64,000 nt of DNA from an uncultured Candidatus Saccharibacteria bacterium. GTDB taxonomy: Bacteria > Patescibacteriota > Minisyncoccia > Phycocordibacterales > PALSA-1337. Every line of letters starts with the position of its first letter. Position 1 is the first letter of the stretch. The stretch is taken from positions 11,625 through 75,624 of the forward strand of contig CAYHNH010000001.1 of assembly GCA_964358005.1 (NCBI GenBank), in the 5' to 3' direction. The notes beneath the pieces are model-generated. The model saw only the letters and a list, made by a program, of their open reading frames with translations, searched no databases and had not been told where the DNA came from. This document shows, in pieces, positions 39,277-47,875 of the stretch. Made by a program: the position numbers and the translations under genes.

Positions 39277-39624
39277 CTACGGTAGGGACGGATCGCTGGG
39301 CGCATCATAATTAGCCCTTATGCGCTCGCGCCTTTTAGTCATATCCTCGAATGACGTCAGTGCCCTCACGAGAGCAGCCTCGTCAAAGACGACAGGTGGC
39401 TTTACGGGGACAGACTCATTGGCCCCGAGGGTAGCCCCAGTGCCAAGATACACTGACACGCCACCTGCGACAAGCGCAGCTGCCAGGATAAGGGCCAAGA
39501 CCAAGATCATGACCCAGTCCAGGAATGGATCGCTGGATAACTGATGCGCGAGGCTGCCCTTTGGAACCGGTCTCTTGCGGCTTTGCTCGTCCACCTTGTT
39601 GGTTTTTGATCGGAAGATGTTCAT
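39277..39624 (-). CDS. Single-TM protein, last gene of pilM cluster
   Basis: TM helix, C-terminal DPS; coupled to the upstream gene. Confidence 0.65.
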   Translation of the reverse strand: MNIFRSKTNKVDEQSRKRPVPKGSLAHQLSSDPFLDWVMILVLALILAAALVAGGVSVYLGTGATLGANESVPVKPPVVFDEAALVRALTSFEDMTKRRERIRANYDAPSDPSLP

Positions 39625-40175
39625 ATCTTTTGGAGGGTCGCTATGGAGATATCGAAGGTAAGGCTCCAGCGGCTGGCGCTCTTACCCGTCTCTCCGGCTT
39701 CAATCAATCCAATACTGACATTCTTGATGCTCTTCTGGTAAGAGAGAGTCTCGAAAAGCTCCAGAGCCTTCATGACTTGCCTCCACTCGCCTTTCACCAT
39801 GACTACCGAAGTGACCTTGCCTATGCGGTCTTTAACGTCTCCCGGACTGGATTTTATGGAAGAAAGCTCTACAGATGAGCCCGAATCATCTTCGATGGAC
39901 TCCATTGCCAGTATGGCATCAACGGCATTCTCAGCTGGGACGAAGAATGATAGTAGCTGTTCACGCTTAGAAGAAGAATCCTCATATAGCCTGACTACCT
40001 CTTTGCCTTGGGCCCGAGCTGCCTGGCTGGCCATGACGAGTTTCCGGGCATCCAATGTTTCCTTTACTAGGTCTGCGGTCGTTCCATACATGTAGGCATA
40101 CAGCCCTGTCGAGACCAGGAATGCTAGGACAGAGAAAGCGACCACGGTCGATTGTATGGAGTGTTTTTTCATCAT
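39621..40175 (-). CDS. PilO-like pilus assembly protein
   Basis: TM plus coiled coil plus G.W......LE..E.L.Y pattern; third gene of the pilM cluster. Confidence 0.65.
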   Translation of the reverse strand: MMKKHSIQSTVVAFSVLAFLVSTGLYAYMYGTTADLVKETLDARKLVMASQAARAQGKEVVRLYEDSSSKREQLLSFFVPAENAVDAILAMESIEDDSGSSVELSSIKSSPGDVKDRIGKVTSVVMVKGEWRQVMKALELFETLSYQKSIKNVSIGLIEAGETGKSASRWSLTFDISIATLQKI

Positions 40176-40711
40176 GGCAACTGTTTAACAAAACGTAGGT
40201 CGAAAGATGGGTTGATATTCCTTGCAAGCTGGTCTATAGGGATGTCCACCTTTGTGCCGGGCATGAGGACCTCTAATCTACCCTTGAGCATTATGAGCTC
40301 AGCCCGGGTCGGGGCCGTCCCCTTGATGGATATGCTGATGCTCTTGGCGTCAGGCCTATCTAGCTTGAAGGATAATATTTCGACAGCGCCTCGCACTGAA
40401 ACTAAGGATCGCACTACGTCAGAATAAGCGGTTGGCACACCAACAGAGAGGGCGGCGAGCAGTTTACCGTCTGCCGCTAGCCGGCCCTTTATGTCCGAGA
40501 TGTCTCTGTCTGCCTGGGTCTCCTTGATTTCATTGATGGAGCCCTGTGCGGCACCGCTGTAAAACTGTCCGCGGATAAATGCCGGGAACATGGCCACCAC
40601 CCCTACGATCATGGACACACTAAAAGCAAAAAGTGCCACGGCTAGCACCCTCAGCACATATTCGCGGTGCAATCTTTTTCTGTCTTTGAATGGTATAAGG
40701 GTGTGCTGCAT
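40172..40711 (-). CDS. PilN-like pilus assembly protein
   Basis: N-terminal TLIP, TM helix, ISIKGTA.TR..L; follows pilM. Confidence 0.7.
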   Translation of the reverse strand: MQHTLIPFKDRKRLHREYVLRVLAVALFAFSVSMIVGVVAMFPAFIRGQFYSGAAQGSINEIKETQADRDISDIKGRLAADGKLLAALSVGVPTAYSDVVRSLVSVRGAVEILSFKLDRPDAKSISISIKGTAPTRAELIMLKGRLEVLMPGTKVDIPIDQLARNINPSFDLRFVKQLP

Positions 40712-40715
40712 ATGT

Positions 40716-41696
40716 TTAGGCTGAACGAGGAGTATCGAAAGCCAAGCCAGCCGCAACTGCATATTCGAGCGACTCTGCACGCGATATCGGCGGTATGTAC
40801 TTCTCCAGATTGGTCGCATTACACCAGACATCAGCGATCCTCACAGTTAGGGCGCCGCCGGCCATGCTGTTGAACAAAGGCTCCAGCTTTTCTGCATCTT
40901 TGCTTATGAGTAACAGTTCCTCAACGTCTTTGCCGGTGCCACGAGAGAGCCAATAGGCGCGCACCCGGTCTATCTCCCTCCCGAAATCGAGCGCGGTTGC
41001 AGTATTAGAACGATCCTGAAGCGCCGCGCTTCCCCAGGAAGAAGTCAGGGTGAAATGGATGACATTGCCGCTCACTAGATACATTCCTGTCTTCTTCGAC
41101 ATCACATGTATGAGCAGTCTGGTCTTATCCGATCCTGATGGAATGACGGCTCTAGCCAGAGCTTTTGGTGCTGTCTCGAATGAGATCGGCCGCAGCCCCG
41201 CGCTCTCTAGGAGAGACATGTAATGCTCGATATAGGTCCTCGGGACGACAGACACGCTGGCGCGGAGCGATCCTCCAGTAGCCGCATTCGGCAGAAGGTC
41301 GAAGTAGAAGACGGCATCCGCTCCAGAAAGGGGCACATTCTCCTCCAGTTTGAATTCTATGTTCTGCTCGATGGTCTTCTGATCAGTCGATGGCACATCA
41401 GTCTGAAAAAGGTAGGCTTTCTCTTCCGGGACCGACACTTTGACGTCCTTGAGAGAATTCTTCTTGCCGAAATCCCTGAGCCTTGAGATGAATTCCGACT
41501 CGTCCTTGATATCTCCTCCGGTCAAAAGCCCCGCTGGAATGTCAGTCCTGCCATAGGAGCTAACGTGGCGTGTGCCGCCGAACCCAGAATAGGATATTGC
41601 GCTTATACCATCATCTGAGATATCCAGACCGGCATGCGGCATGAGCATGAATTTGGGAGGAGGAAATAACCTGAAGAACGGCAAGGAAGAACGCAT
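40716..41696 (-). CDS. pilM: Type IV pilus assembly protein PilM
   Basis: GLDISD, IP.G....G.I.D, SVPEEK, EENVP, AGL.P..FE, YAVAAGLA. Confidence 0.8.
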   Translation of the reverse strand: MRSSLPFFRLFPPPKFMLMPHAGLDISDDGISAISYSGFGGTRHVSSYGRTDIPAGLLTGGDIKDESEFISRLRDFGKKNSLKDVKVSVPEEKAYLFQTDVPSTDQKTIEQNIEFKLEENVPLSGADAVFYFDLLPNAATGGSLRASVSVVPRTYIEHYMSLLESAGLRPISFETAPKALARAVIPSGSDKTRLLIHVMSKKTGMYLVSGNVIHFTLTSSWGSAALQDRSNTATALDFGREIDRVRAYWLSRGTGKDVEELLLISKDAEKLEPLFNSMAGGALTVRIADVWCNATNLEKYIPPISRAESLEYAVAAGLAFDTPRSA

Positions 41697-41716
41697 GGCA
41701 CAATTGTAACAGAATG

Positions 41717-42325
41717 CTATTCTTTTCGCTTTCTGAATATCTCACGGAGTGCCGGCAAGGCGGATAGAACTATGATTACGCCGATGGCAGGCAGGAGGTA
41801 ACGATCCGGGTCAGGGATTATATTCCCAAATGCATAGCCGAGGCCTATAACTGAAACTGTCCAGAGAAGGCCGCCGACCACATTATAGATAAGGAAAGTC
41901 CGGTAGTTCATATTGCCTATGCCGGCCACGATCGGCGCGAATGTCCTGACGATCGGTAGGAATCTGGCCAGGATTATGGTCCGTACACCGTATTTCTCAT
42001 AGAAATGCTGGGCCCTGGCGATGTTTTTCTTGTGGAAAATGACGGAATCCTCTTTTACGAACAAGGACGGACCTACTTTTTTGCCGAAAAAATATCCGAC
42101 ATTGTCGCCTAGCACCGCGGCGACGAAGACTCCGAACATGAGCCACACGATCGGCAGATAGCCCTTGGAAGCCAGGAGGCCAGCGGTGAAGAGGAGTGAA
42201 TCTCCAGGAAGGAAAAAACCGAAAAAGAAGCCCGTCTCTACGAAAACGATGGCGATGATGCCCAACAGACCGAATGTCGAGATGATGGCCTGCGGATTTG
42301 AGATGAAGTCGATCAAAGTTTGCAT
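41717..42325 (-). CDS. DedA/VTT family membrane protein
   Basis: ETG..GFFLPGDSLL, GDNVGY, ARFLPIVRTFAP. Confidence 0.93.
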   Translation of the reverse strand: MQTLIDFISNPQAIISTFGLLGIIAIVFVETGFFFGFFLPGDSLLFTAGLLASKGYLPIVWLMFGVFVAAVLGDNVGYFFGKKVGPSLFVKEDSVIFHKKNIARAQHFYEKYGVRTIILARFLPIVRTFAPIVAGIGNMNYRTFLIYNVVGGLLWTVSVIGLGYAFGNIIPDPDRYLLPAIGVIIVLSALPALREIFRKRKE

Positions 42326-42336
42326 ATATTATTGGA

Positions 42337-42666
42337 TTATTTTGCCAGTGTGCCGGGCCTTATGGATGCATTCGGCTCGAGCAGAGAAAAATTTCCTTCT
42401 TCATCCGATATAGCGAAGAGCATGCCGTTGCTTTCGAGTCCTCTGATGACGCGCGGCTCCAGATTGGTCACGAACATGCAAGTCCTACCCACGAGGACAG
42501 AAGTATCCGGAAAATACGCCGATATTCCCGATACGATCTGTCTCGGCGAAGCCTCTGCGAAGTCGACAGATAGCCTAAGGAGCTTATCCGTGTCAGGGAT
42601 CTTTTCGGCGGAGAGTATCTTCCCGGCCTTTATCTCGACTTTTTTGAATTCTTCGTGATTTATCAT
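42337..42666 (-). CDS. Stand-alone tRNA-binding OB-fold protein (Trbp111/CsaA/MetRS C-terminal type)
   Basis: DKLLRL.VD, RQIVSGI, NLEPR.IRGLESNGML. Confidence 0.88.
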   Translation of the reverse strand: MINHEEFKKVEIKAGKILSAEKIPDTDKLLRLSVDFAEASPRQIVSGISAYFPDTSVLVGRTCMFVTNLEPRVIRGLESNGMLFAISDEEGNFSLLEPNASIRPGTLAK

Positions 42667-43052
42667 TTGTTTTCTCTTCCTTTCCTGTCGAGGAAGCTCT
42701 GGAGTATCAGGGCGGCCGCCGAAGCGTCGATCTTGTCATGCCTGCCCTGTTCCCTTTCGGCCTGTTGTGAAGTCATGAATTCGAGCTCAAGGTATGTAAT
42801 ATAGCCTTTTTTATCCAGTTCATCCTTCAATTCTAGGATGTCCGGCAGGATCTTGTTCGCGGTCATATCATATTTGCGCGACTCTCCTATGACTATCCCT
42901 TTGGCCTCATTGTCGGCCACCAGCTTCTCGATTTCCTTGATCAGTTCGGGCGTATTCAGAATGACGGACAGCGGCATCGCGAATTTCTCCGCTTCATCCG
43001 AAAGCGCCACGCCGACGCGCTTGGAGCCATAATCGATGCCTAGATATCGCAT
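42663..43052 (-). CDS. ruvX: YqgF/RuvX nuclease
   Basis: LGIDYGSKRVGVALSD, E.MTS, DASAAALILQSFLD. Confidence 0.92.
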   Translation of the reverse strand: MRYLGIDYGSKRVGVALSDEAEKFAMPLSVILNTPELIKEIEKLVADNEAKGIVIGESRKYDMTANKILPDILELKDELDKKGYITYLELEFMTSQQAEREQGRHDKIDASAAALILQSFLDRKGRENK

Positions 43053-43112
43053 CCGGATACAATATCACAAAATCATTGCCGAGCCACGATTTTTGCCTTA
43101 TGATGGCCGGAC

Positions 43113-43202
43113 GGATGGGTGGCTGAGTGGTTTAAGGCAACAGTCTTGAAAACTGTCGTGCTCGCAAGGGCACCGTGAGTTCGAATCTCACCCCATCCGC
43201 CA
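43113..43202 (+). tRNA. tRNA-Ser (UGA)
   Basis: GGATGGGTGGCTGAGTGG, ACAGT CTTGAAA ACTGT, long variable arm, CCA. Confidence 0.95.
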
Positions 43203-43261
43203 TATAAAACAATGCCCCATCTTGCTGGGGCTGGTGGGACTAAGAAAACAAGTCCTGCGAT

Positions 43262-43525
43262 TCAGAGGAGTGTGCACATCACGCACCCTTCTGGAAATGG
43301 GCAGTGGCTGCAATGCCTCCGCGGCTGTCCTGTGAACTTGCGTCTCCGTTTGCTTGGTGAAGCATCATGAACGGTCACATCTCGCTCGGAATGCTTGGTC
43401 ATACGAGGTTTGTCAGTAATAGATGGCATAAGGACCACCCTTCCCGACGCGACGGCACGATTAGCTTCCTCGGTGTCCCTCTTTTGCATCATCTCTTTTA
43501 CTTCTTTTTGCGTGTACATCGGCAT
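43262..43525 (-). CDS. Small orphan protein with C-terminal Cys cluster
   Basis: AAGGAGG Shine-Dalgarno upstream; CSHCPFPEGCVMC. Confidence 0.6.
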   Translation of the reverse strand: MPMYTQKEVKEMMQKRDTEEANRAVASGRVVLMPSITDKPRMTKHSERDVTVHDASPSKRRRKFTGQPRRHCSHCPFPEGCVMCTLL

Positions 43526-43683
43526 ACCTGCCTCCTTTTTAGTTGATGGTTTCCTGACACAAAACTAACAAACAACTGTAAACGTGTCCAGGTTTTCAGT
43601 CACCACCCTTTACTATTGTAAAGGGTGGTTCGAAGGGAGGGGTTGTCCGGCAGGCGGGAGGCAGGAAGGTGTCGGTCCACGCA

Positions 43684-43753
43684 CCTATAACATCTTTGTT
43701 ATAGGCTTTTTACGTAAAACGACGAGATTTCCCTATAACATATATGTTATAGG
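43684..43753. promoter_or_regulatory. Two 22-bp palindromes CCTATAACA-N4-TGTTATAGG
   Basis: At 43684-43705 and 43732-43753, starts 48 bp apart. Confidence 0.7.
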
Positions 43754-43812
43754 TCAACGGAACTAACCCCTCTATCTGGCAAGCCGCCTGATTCGGAACT
43801 CTCGAACCCCGA

Positions 43813-43840
43813 TTGACACTTTGCCACGCATAAGTAGACT
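43813..43840 (+). promoter_or_regulatory. sigma70-type promoter
   Basis: TTGACA-16-TAGACT upstream of the LuxR-HTH gene. Confidence 0.6.
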
Positions 43841-43868
43841 CCCCCTTCAGAGAAATCCCCCTCATTTT

Positions 43869-44387
43869 ATGAATAGTCCTCACTCATATCGTCCTTTGAC
43901 AGACATGGAAATCAAAGTTCTCGGGTTGTTGGCAAGGGGCTACCTGATAAAGGAAGTCGCCGGAATCTTCAAGAGAAGCAAGAATAGCGTCAATGACACT
44001 ATGGCTCGAACACGCAAAAAATTGTTCGTTCCATCGTATATCAATAGCCAGACCATCCTACCGCTGCTCGCACTGCATACTGATCGGCTTGAGCGCATTC
44101 CCGAGATACCTGCGGAGCTCACTCACCGTCGGATCTGCATACTTCGCCATGTCACCTCCGGCTTGACGCAGGCTCAAACGGCAAAAGCGCTGGGGCTGTC
44201 CCGCGTCACCATCGAAAGACACATGGCAAAGATACGCTCAATCGTCGCTCGGGAACTGTGCCTCGATAATGTAAACAACGTCGAGCTCACTCACTACGCT
44301 ATAGCTCGTGGAATCACGCCTATCAAAAAGTCATATGTCGGGCTCTTCTCCAACAAGATTCCCTTTCCCTGCGCCGCCTCCGGGTAG
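43869..44387 (+). CDS. Protein with two tandem LuxR-type HTH domains
   Basis: LTDMEIKVLGLLARG...EVA....S..SV....RKKL and LTHRR..IL....SGLT....AKALGLS..TIERHM..I...VELTHYAI..G. Confidence 0.8.
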   Translation: MNSPHSYRPLTDMEIKVLGLLARGYLIKEVAGIFKRSKNSVNDTMARTRKKLFVPSYINSQTILPLLALHTDRLERIPEIPAELTHRRICILRHVTSGLTQAQTAKALGLSRVTIERHMAKIRSIVARELCLDNVNNVELTHYAIARGITPIKKSYVGLFSNKIPFPCAASG

Positions 44388-44428
44388 GCGCTTTTTTGTT
44401 CACAGCAGAGAGCAGGCCTCGAAGCGCC

Positions 44429-44508
44429 ATATCCGCTTCGCTCATATATCAACTGCGCTCGGACGCAACGCCAGCAAGCTGTCATGCATCCTCGCTTGTT
44501 GCTATAAT
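44429..44508 (+). repeat. 80-bp palindromic element, copy A, ending in TGCTATAAT
   Basis: 71 of 80 nt identical to 58791-58870 by hand alignment. Confidence 0.9.
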
Positions 44509-44514
44509 ATTCCC

Positions 44515-44979
44515 ATGGCCACTGAAGCTCTCATCTCCTGGACAGCCCCGACGCATGTACATACGGAAAAAAGACCCGACTGGTATTGGGCTGTCGGCAT
44601 AATCACGCTCGCTCTAGCGGCGGTCGCTTTCATTTTCGGCGAGATCATCACCGGCATATTCGTCATAGTCGCGGCCGTGGCCCTCGTCCTACACACGTCA
44701 CATCCACCGCAAGAGATAACCTATGAGATAAACGATCGAGGCATCCTTTTGAATGACATCTTATACCCGTTCGTGAGCCTAGACTCGTTCTGGATACCGC
44801 ATGACGAGAACCAGCCGAAGATCCTGGTCAAATCCCGCAAGCTCATCGCGCCGCTCATGATCATCCACATAGACGAAGTGGATCCCGAAGAAGTCCGTAA
44901 GATCCTCCTGAAATACATAGCCGAGACCGAACACCGCGAGCCCGTCCTGAAGAAGCTCCTGGAGTGGTTGGGGTTCTAA
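44515..44979 (+). CDS. Two-TM conserved hypothetical membrane protein
   Basis: ISW.AP....EK..DWYW, two TM helices, SFWI; ATG 6 nt after TATAAT. Confidence 0.75.
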   Translation: MATEALISWTAPTHVHTEKRPDWYWAVGIITLALAAVAFIFGEIITGIFVIVAAVALVLHTSHPPQEITYEINDRGILLNDILYPFVSLDSFWIPHDENQPKILVKSRKLIAPLMIIHIDEVDPEEVRKILLKYIAETEHREPVLKKLLEWLGF

Positions 44980-45089
44980 GCACTCAAAACAACGCTAACC
45001 GACGTACCTCAATCAAAAAATATCGATAAGCACTAACACTCTTGCGTTTGTGTCATAGACTGATAATATGACTACAGAAAGGAGCCCCC

Positions 45090-45347
45090 GTGAAAATAAC
45101 ATCGTCTTTGCTGAATTCATTACCTCGTTTGTGGGATTGGCTGGATCGCTGGCTATGCCGCTCATTGCCTGGATCCGTCCGTTTTCTTTGGGCAAGACTA
45201 TGGGTCAGGCAGGATGAATTTCACCCTTCCCTCGACCTCCATGCAGAATATGCCGCCCACTTGGAGCCGGAAAAACTCGCCTCCTACCAGCACAATCTGA
45301 CGCGACGCAGAAACCTTGCCCACGAGCGTGACTTAGCGACAATCTAA
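45090..45347 (+). CDS. Small hypothetical protein
   Basis: AAGGAG before the GTG start; terminator at about 45354-45388. Confidence 0.55.
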   Translation: MKITSSLLNSLPRLWDWLDRWLCRSLPGSVRFLWARLWVRQDEFHPSLDLHAEYAAHLEPEKLASYQHNLTRRRNLAHERDLATI

Positions 45348-45460
45348 AGCCCGACCGCCATAGTTCAGGTCCTCCGGCGGTTTTTTTGTATGTTTCAGTC
45401 ATCTCTATATCTCCCGCAAATAGAAAATGCCGGAAATAAATCCGGCATTTTCTGTTTGGG

Positions 45461-45532
45461 TGCCCCCGAGAGGAATCGAACCTCTATTGCAGGATCCGCA
45501 ATCCTGCGTCCTATCCGTTGAACGACGAGGGC
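45461..45532 (-). tRNA. tRNA-Arg (GCG)
   Basis: GCCCTCGTCGTTCAACGGATAGGAC, CAGGA TTGCGGA TCCTG, GGTTCGATTCC; hairpin 45422-45453 downstream. Confidence 0.9.
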
Positions 45533-45537
45533 AGAAA

Positions 45538-45801
45538 CTATCCGAGCTTCGCTAGAGAAGCCGCCGCACGAGACTTGAGCCTGGCGGCCGCGTTGTCCTT
45601 GATGAAACCGGTCTTTGCGGCCTTGTCGAGATCCTGATAGAGATCAGGTAAGAGCTTCGCCGCCCCAGCCTTGTCTTTGGCTGTTACCAGCTTGCGAAAC
45701 GTATTGAGAGTGCCATCGACCTCCTTCTTGCGGCGAATATTGAAAACGCGCTTGCGCTTGGAAGCTCGGAGGGCTTTCTTGGCTGAAGATGTTATCGGCA
45801 T
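45538..45801 (-). CDS. rpsT: 30S ribosomal protein S20
   Basis: SAKKALR, LDKAAK.G.IK.N.AAR.KSR. Confidence 0.95.
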   Translation of the reverse strand: MPITSSAKKALRASKRKRVFNIRRKKEVDGTLNTFRKLVTAKDKAGAAKLLPDLYQDLDKAAKTGFIKDNAAARLKSRAAASLAKLG

Positions 45802-45902
45802 GAATGTACGGAGAAAATTATCACATCATGCGTGAAAAGGCAACTCGGTTAGGGATTGACAGCCCATTTTCTGCGAGTACTCTGTAAACAGAATTACCTA
45901 TT

Positions 45903-46415
45903 ATGAGCTCAACACAAATCGCATCCACCACGGCAGTATCTGCATCCATATCACAGGGTATGATACTCGCCGCCATGAGACGAGAAGTCCCAAGTTTTAA
46001 ACTGCCGCCACTGGAGGAAAGGTCTGGCCAGTTCGTCACATCGCCCATTCAGGAGATCGGGATACGCGCGATCCTCCCGAGGATCTGCATGCACGGCTTC
46101 GGAGCCTTTGACGGGCCATGCACATTGTTCTTGCACAACGGTGGGAGGGGCGACATGATGAGCGGCCCAAGCTGGAGTGTCGGACCCGGCGACCATGAGT
46201 CTCTGCTTCTGAAGATCAGATTTGTCGCAGAAAACTCTAACGCAGTCATCGCCTTACCCTATTTCGAGGCGCCGGGTCGCTCGCCGGACGGATTCGAACC
46301 ACATTTGAATCTCCTGTGGATCCTTGCGGCAACGAGCCGCGACTTGATTTCCTCCATGTCCGAGCCGATAATCCGTCTATTGCTCCGAGAGAGATCGCCG
46401 TTTGCCAGAATGTGA
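45903..46415 (+). CDS. Orphan protein
   Basis: TTGACA-16-TACTCT at 45856-45883; hairpin plus T-run near 46443-46482. Confidence 0.55.
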   Translation: MSSTQIASTTAVSASISQGMILAAMRREVPSFKLPPLEERSGQFVTSPIQEIGIRAILPRICMHGFGAFDGPCTLFLHNGGRGDMMSGPSWSVGPGDHESLLLKIRFVAENSNAVIALPYFEAPGRSPDGFEPHLNLLWILAATSRDLISSMSEPIIRLLLRERSPFARM

Positions 46416-46510
46416 TGTGAGGACCTGTTGGATACTCAAGAATCGCGACCGATGCAGTTTTTGCAGGAGTCGCGTTTTTTATTAACGAGTAAAGGTGCTA
46501 TTATCGGCCT

Positions 46511-47089
46511 ATGATTTCTCGTATTTCTGGCAAATTGGAGGAGGTGGGCAACAACCATTTGGTCGTAGACGTAAATGGTATTGGCTATAAGACATTCGTG
46601 ACCTCGGACACTCTGCACAACCTAAAACCGGGATTGTCAGTGAAGTTTTTCACCCACTTGGCCGTGCGGGAGAACGCGCAGGATCTTTATGGGTTCCTGA
46701 AAAAATCCGACCTAGAATTCTTCGAACTACTCATAACAGTCTCGGGCATCGGTCCAAAGTCGGCCCTCAATATACTCTCTCTAGCTTCGAGCGAGACCCT
46801 CTCCGGCGCCATACGCACCGGCTCTACCGCGCATCTCATCAAGATCTCCGGCATAGGCAAGAAGACTGCCGAGAAGATAGTCATGGAATTGAAGGACAAG
46901 ATGGAAACGATGCATAGCTATGCGTCAGGCCCAATGGGCGCCGGCATGGCCAGCGATATCGATGCCATCGAGGCCCTCCGCGCGCTCGGCTATGATGCCG
47001 AAGAATCCCGAGAAGCTCTGAAGAAGGTCGGTAAGGATGTATCTGATGTGGGCGAGAAGGTAAAGGCGGCCTTGAAAGTCCTCTCTTAA
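46511..47089 (+). CDS. ruvA: Holliday junction protein RuvA
   Basis: VDVNGIGY, LYGF, VSGIGPK.AL, GIGKKTAEKI..ELKDK, AL.ALGY. Confidence 0.96.
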   Translation: MISRISGKLEEVGNNHLVVDVNGIGYKTFVTSDTLHNLKPGLSVKFFTHLAVRENAQDLYGFLKKSDLEFFELLITVSGIGPKSALNILSLASSETLSGAIRTGSTAHLIKISGIGKKTAEKIVMELKDKMETMHSYASGPMGAGMASDIDAIEALRALGYDAEESREALKKVGKDVSDVGEKVKAALKVLS

Positions 47090-47198
47090 GTCTGTGGATA
47101 GCCTCGTAGACAATTAACATGTACCTGTTACTGTATATGCAGACCTGCTACTAACTCGGATCTCCTTCCGGAGAATTGAGGACCCACAGGCGCACAAA

Positions 47199-47753
47199 AT
47201 GAAAAACTGGAGTTACCATCACCCATGGCGCTTCGCGGGGCTATTGCTAGCCCTCGCTGCAGCCGCTCCGATCGCAGTCGCGATCGACAGCGCTGTGAAC
47301 CAAGCCCCCGACGGCAAGAACCTCATGATCGCCGCGGCGCCCGACACGTCATGTCCGACGTCGGCTGCGCTCGAGCCGATCAGCGTTACGGCGGAAACCA
47401 CGGCCACCCTCGCCATCGCTTCGGCGAAGAGTGACCGCAGCATCACGACGATTACGGGCGCGATTGATGGCATCGCCAATGAAGGAGGTGCTGCGCTCGG
47501 CGCGGAGCAGACTGCGTGTGTCGTCAACGACTTGCGCGCCACGTCCTCCGGCACCAGCGTCAACGGCACTACGAGCAATATCACGCTCAGCTCGAACGCC
47601 TTCTCCGCCACCGTCATCGCCACCGCATCGTCCACCGCGGGCAGTCCCATCAACACCGTTCGGTTCACGAACGGCCCCAACTTCGCCGGCGCCACCAACG
47701 CACCGACGAACAACCGCTCCCTCCTCGACCAGGAGGTGAACGAAATTGTCTGA
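47199..47753 (+). CDS. Secreted or anchored Ala/Thr/Ser-rich orphan protein
   Basis: N-terminal hydrophobic segment, low complexity; strong terminator at 47779-47811. Confidence 0.6.
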   Translation: MKNWSYHHPWRFAGLLLALAAAAPIAVAIDSAVNQAPDGKNLMIAAAPDTSCPTSAALEPISVTAETTATLAIASAKSDRSITTITGAIDGIANEGGAALGAEQTACVVNDLRATSSGTSVNGTTSNITLSSNAFSATVIATASSTAGSPINTVRFTNGPNFAGATNAPTNNRSLLDQEVNEIV

Positions 47754-47875
47754 CCGGGCCACTCGGAAGAGGGCCCAACGCTCTGCGACCTTCGCAGAGC
47801 GGTTTTTATTTAATAGGGATAATTCATTTTATATAACAGCTAGCAAATAGCCCCAAAATGGGCCATACTAATGCC

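Noticed and set aside
47093-47101. DnaA-box-like TGTGGATAG
   Set aside because: Single mismatched box with no cluster and no dnaA nearby; not evidence for oriC.
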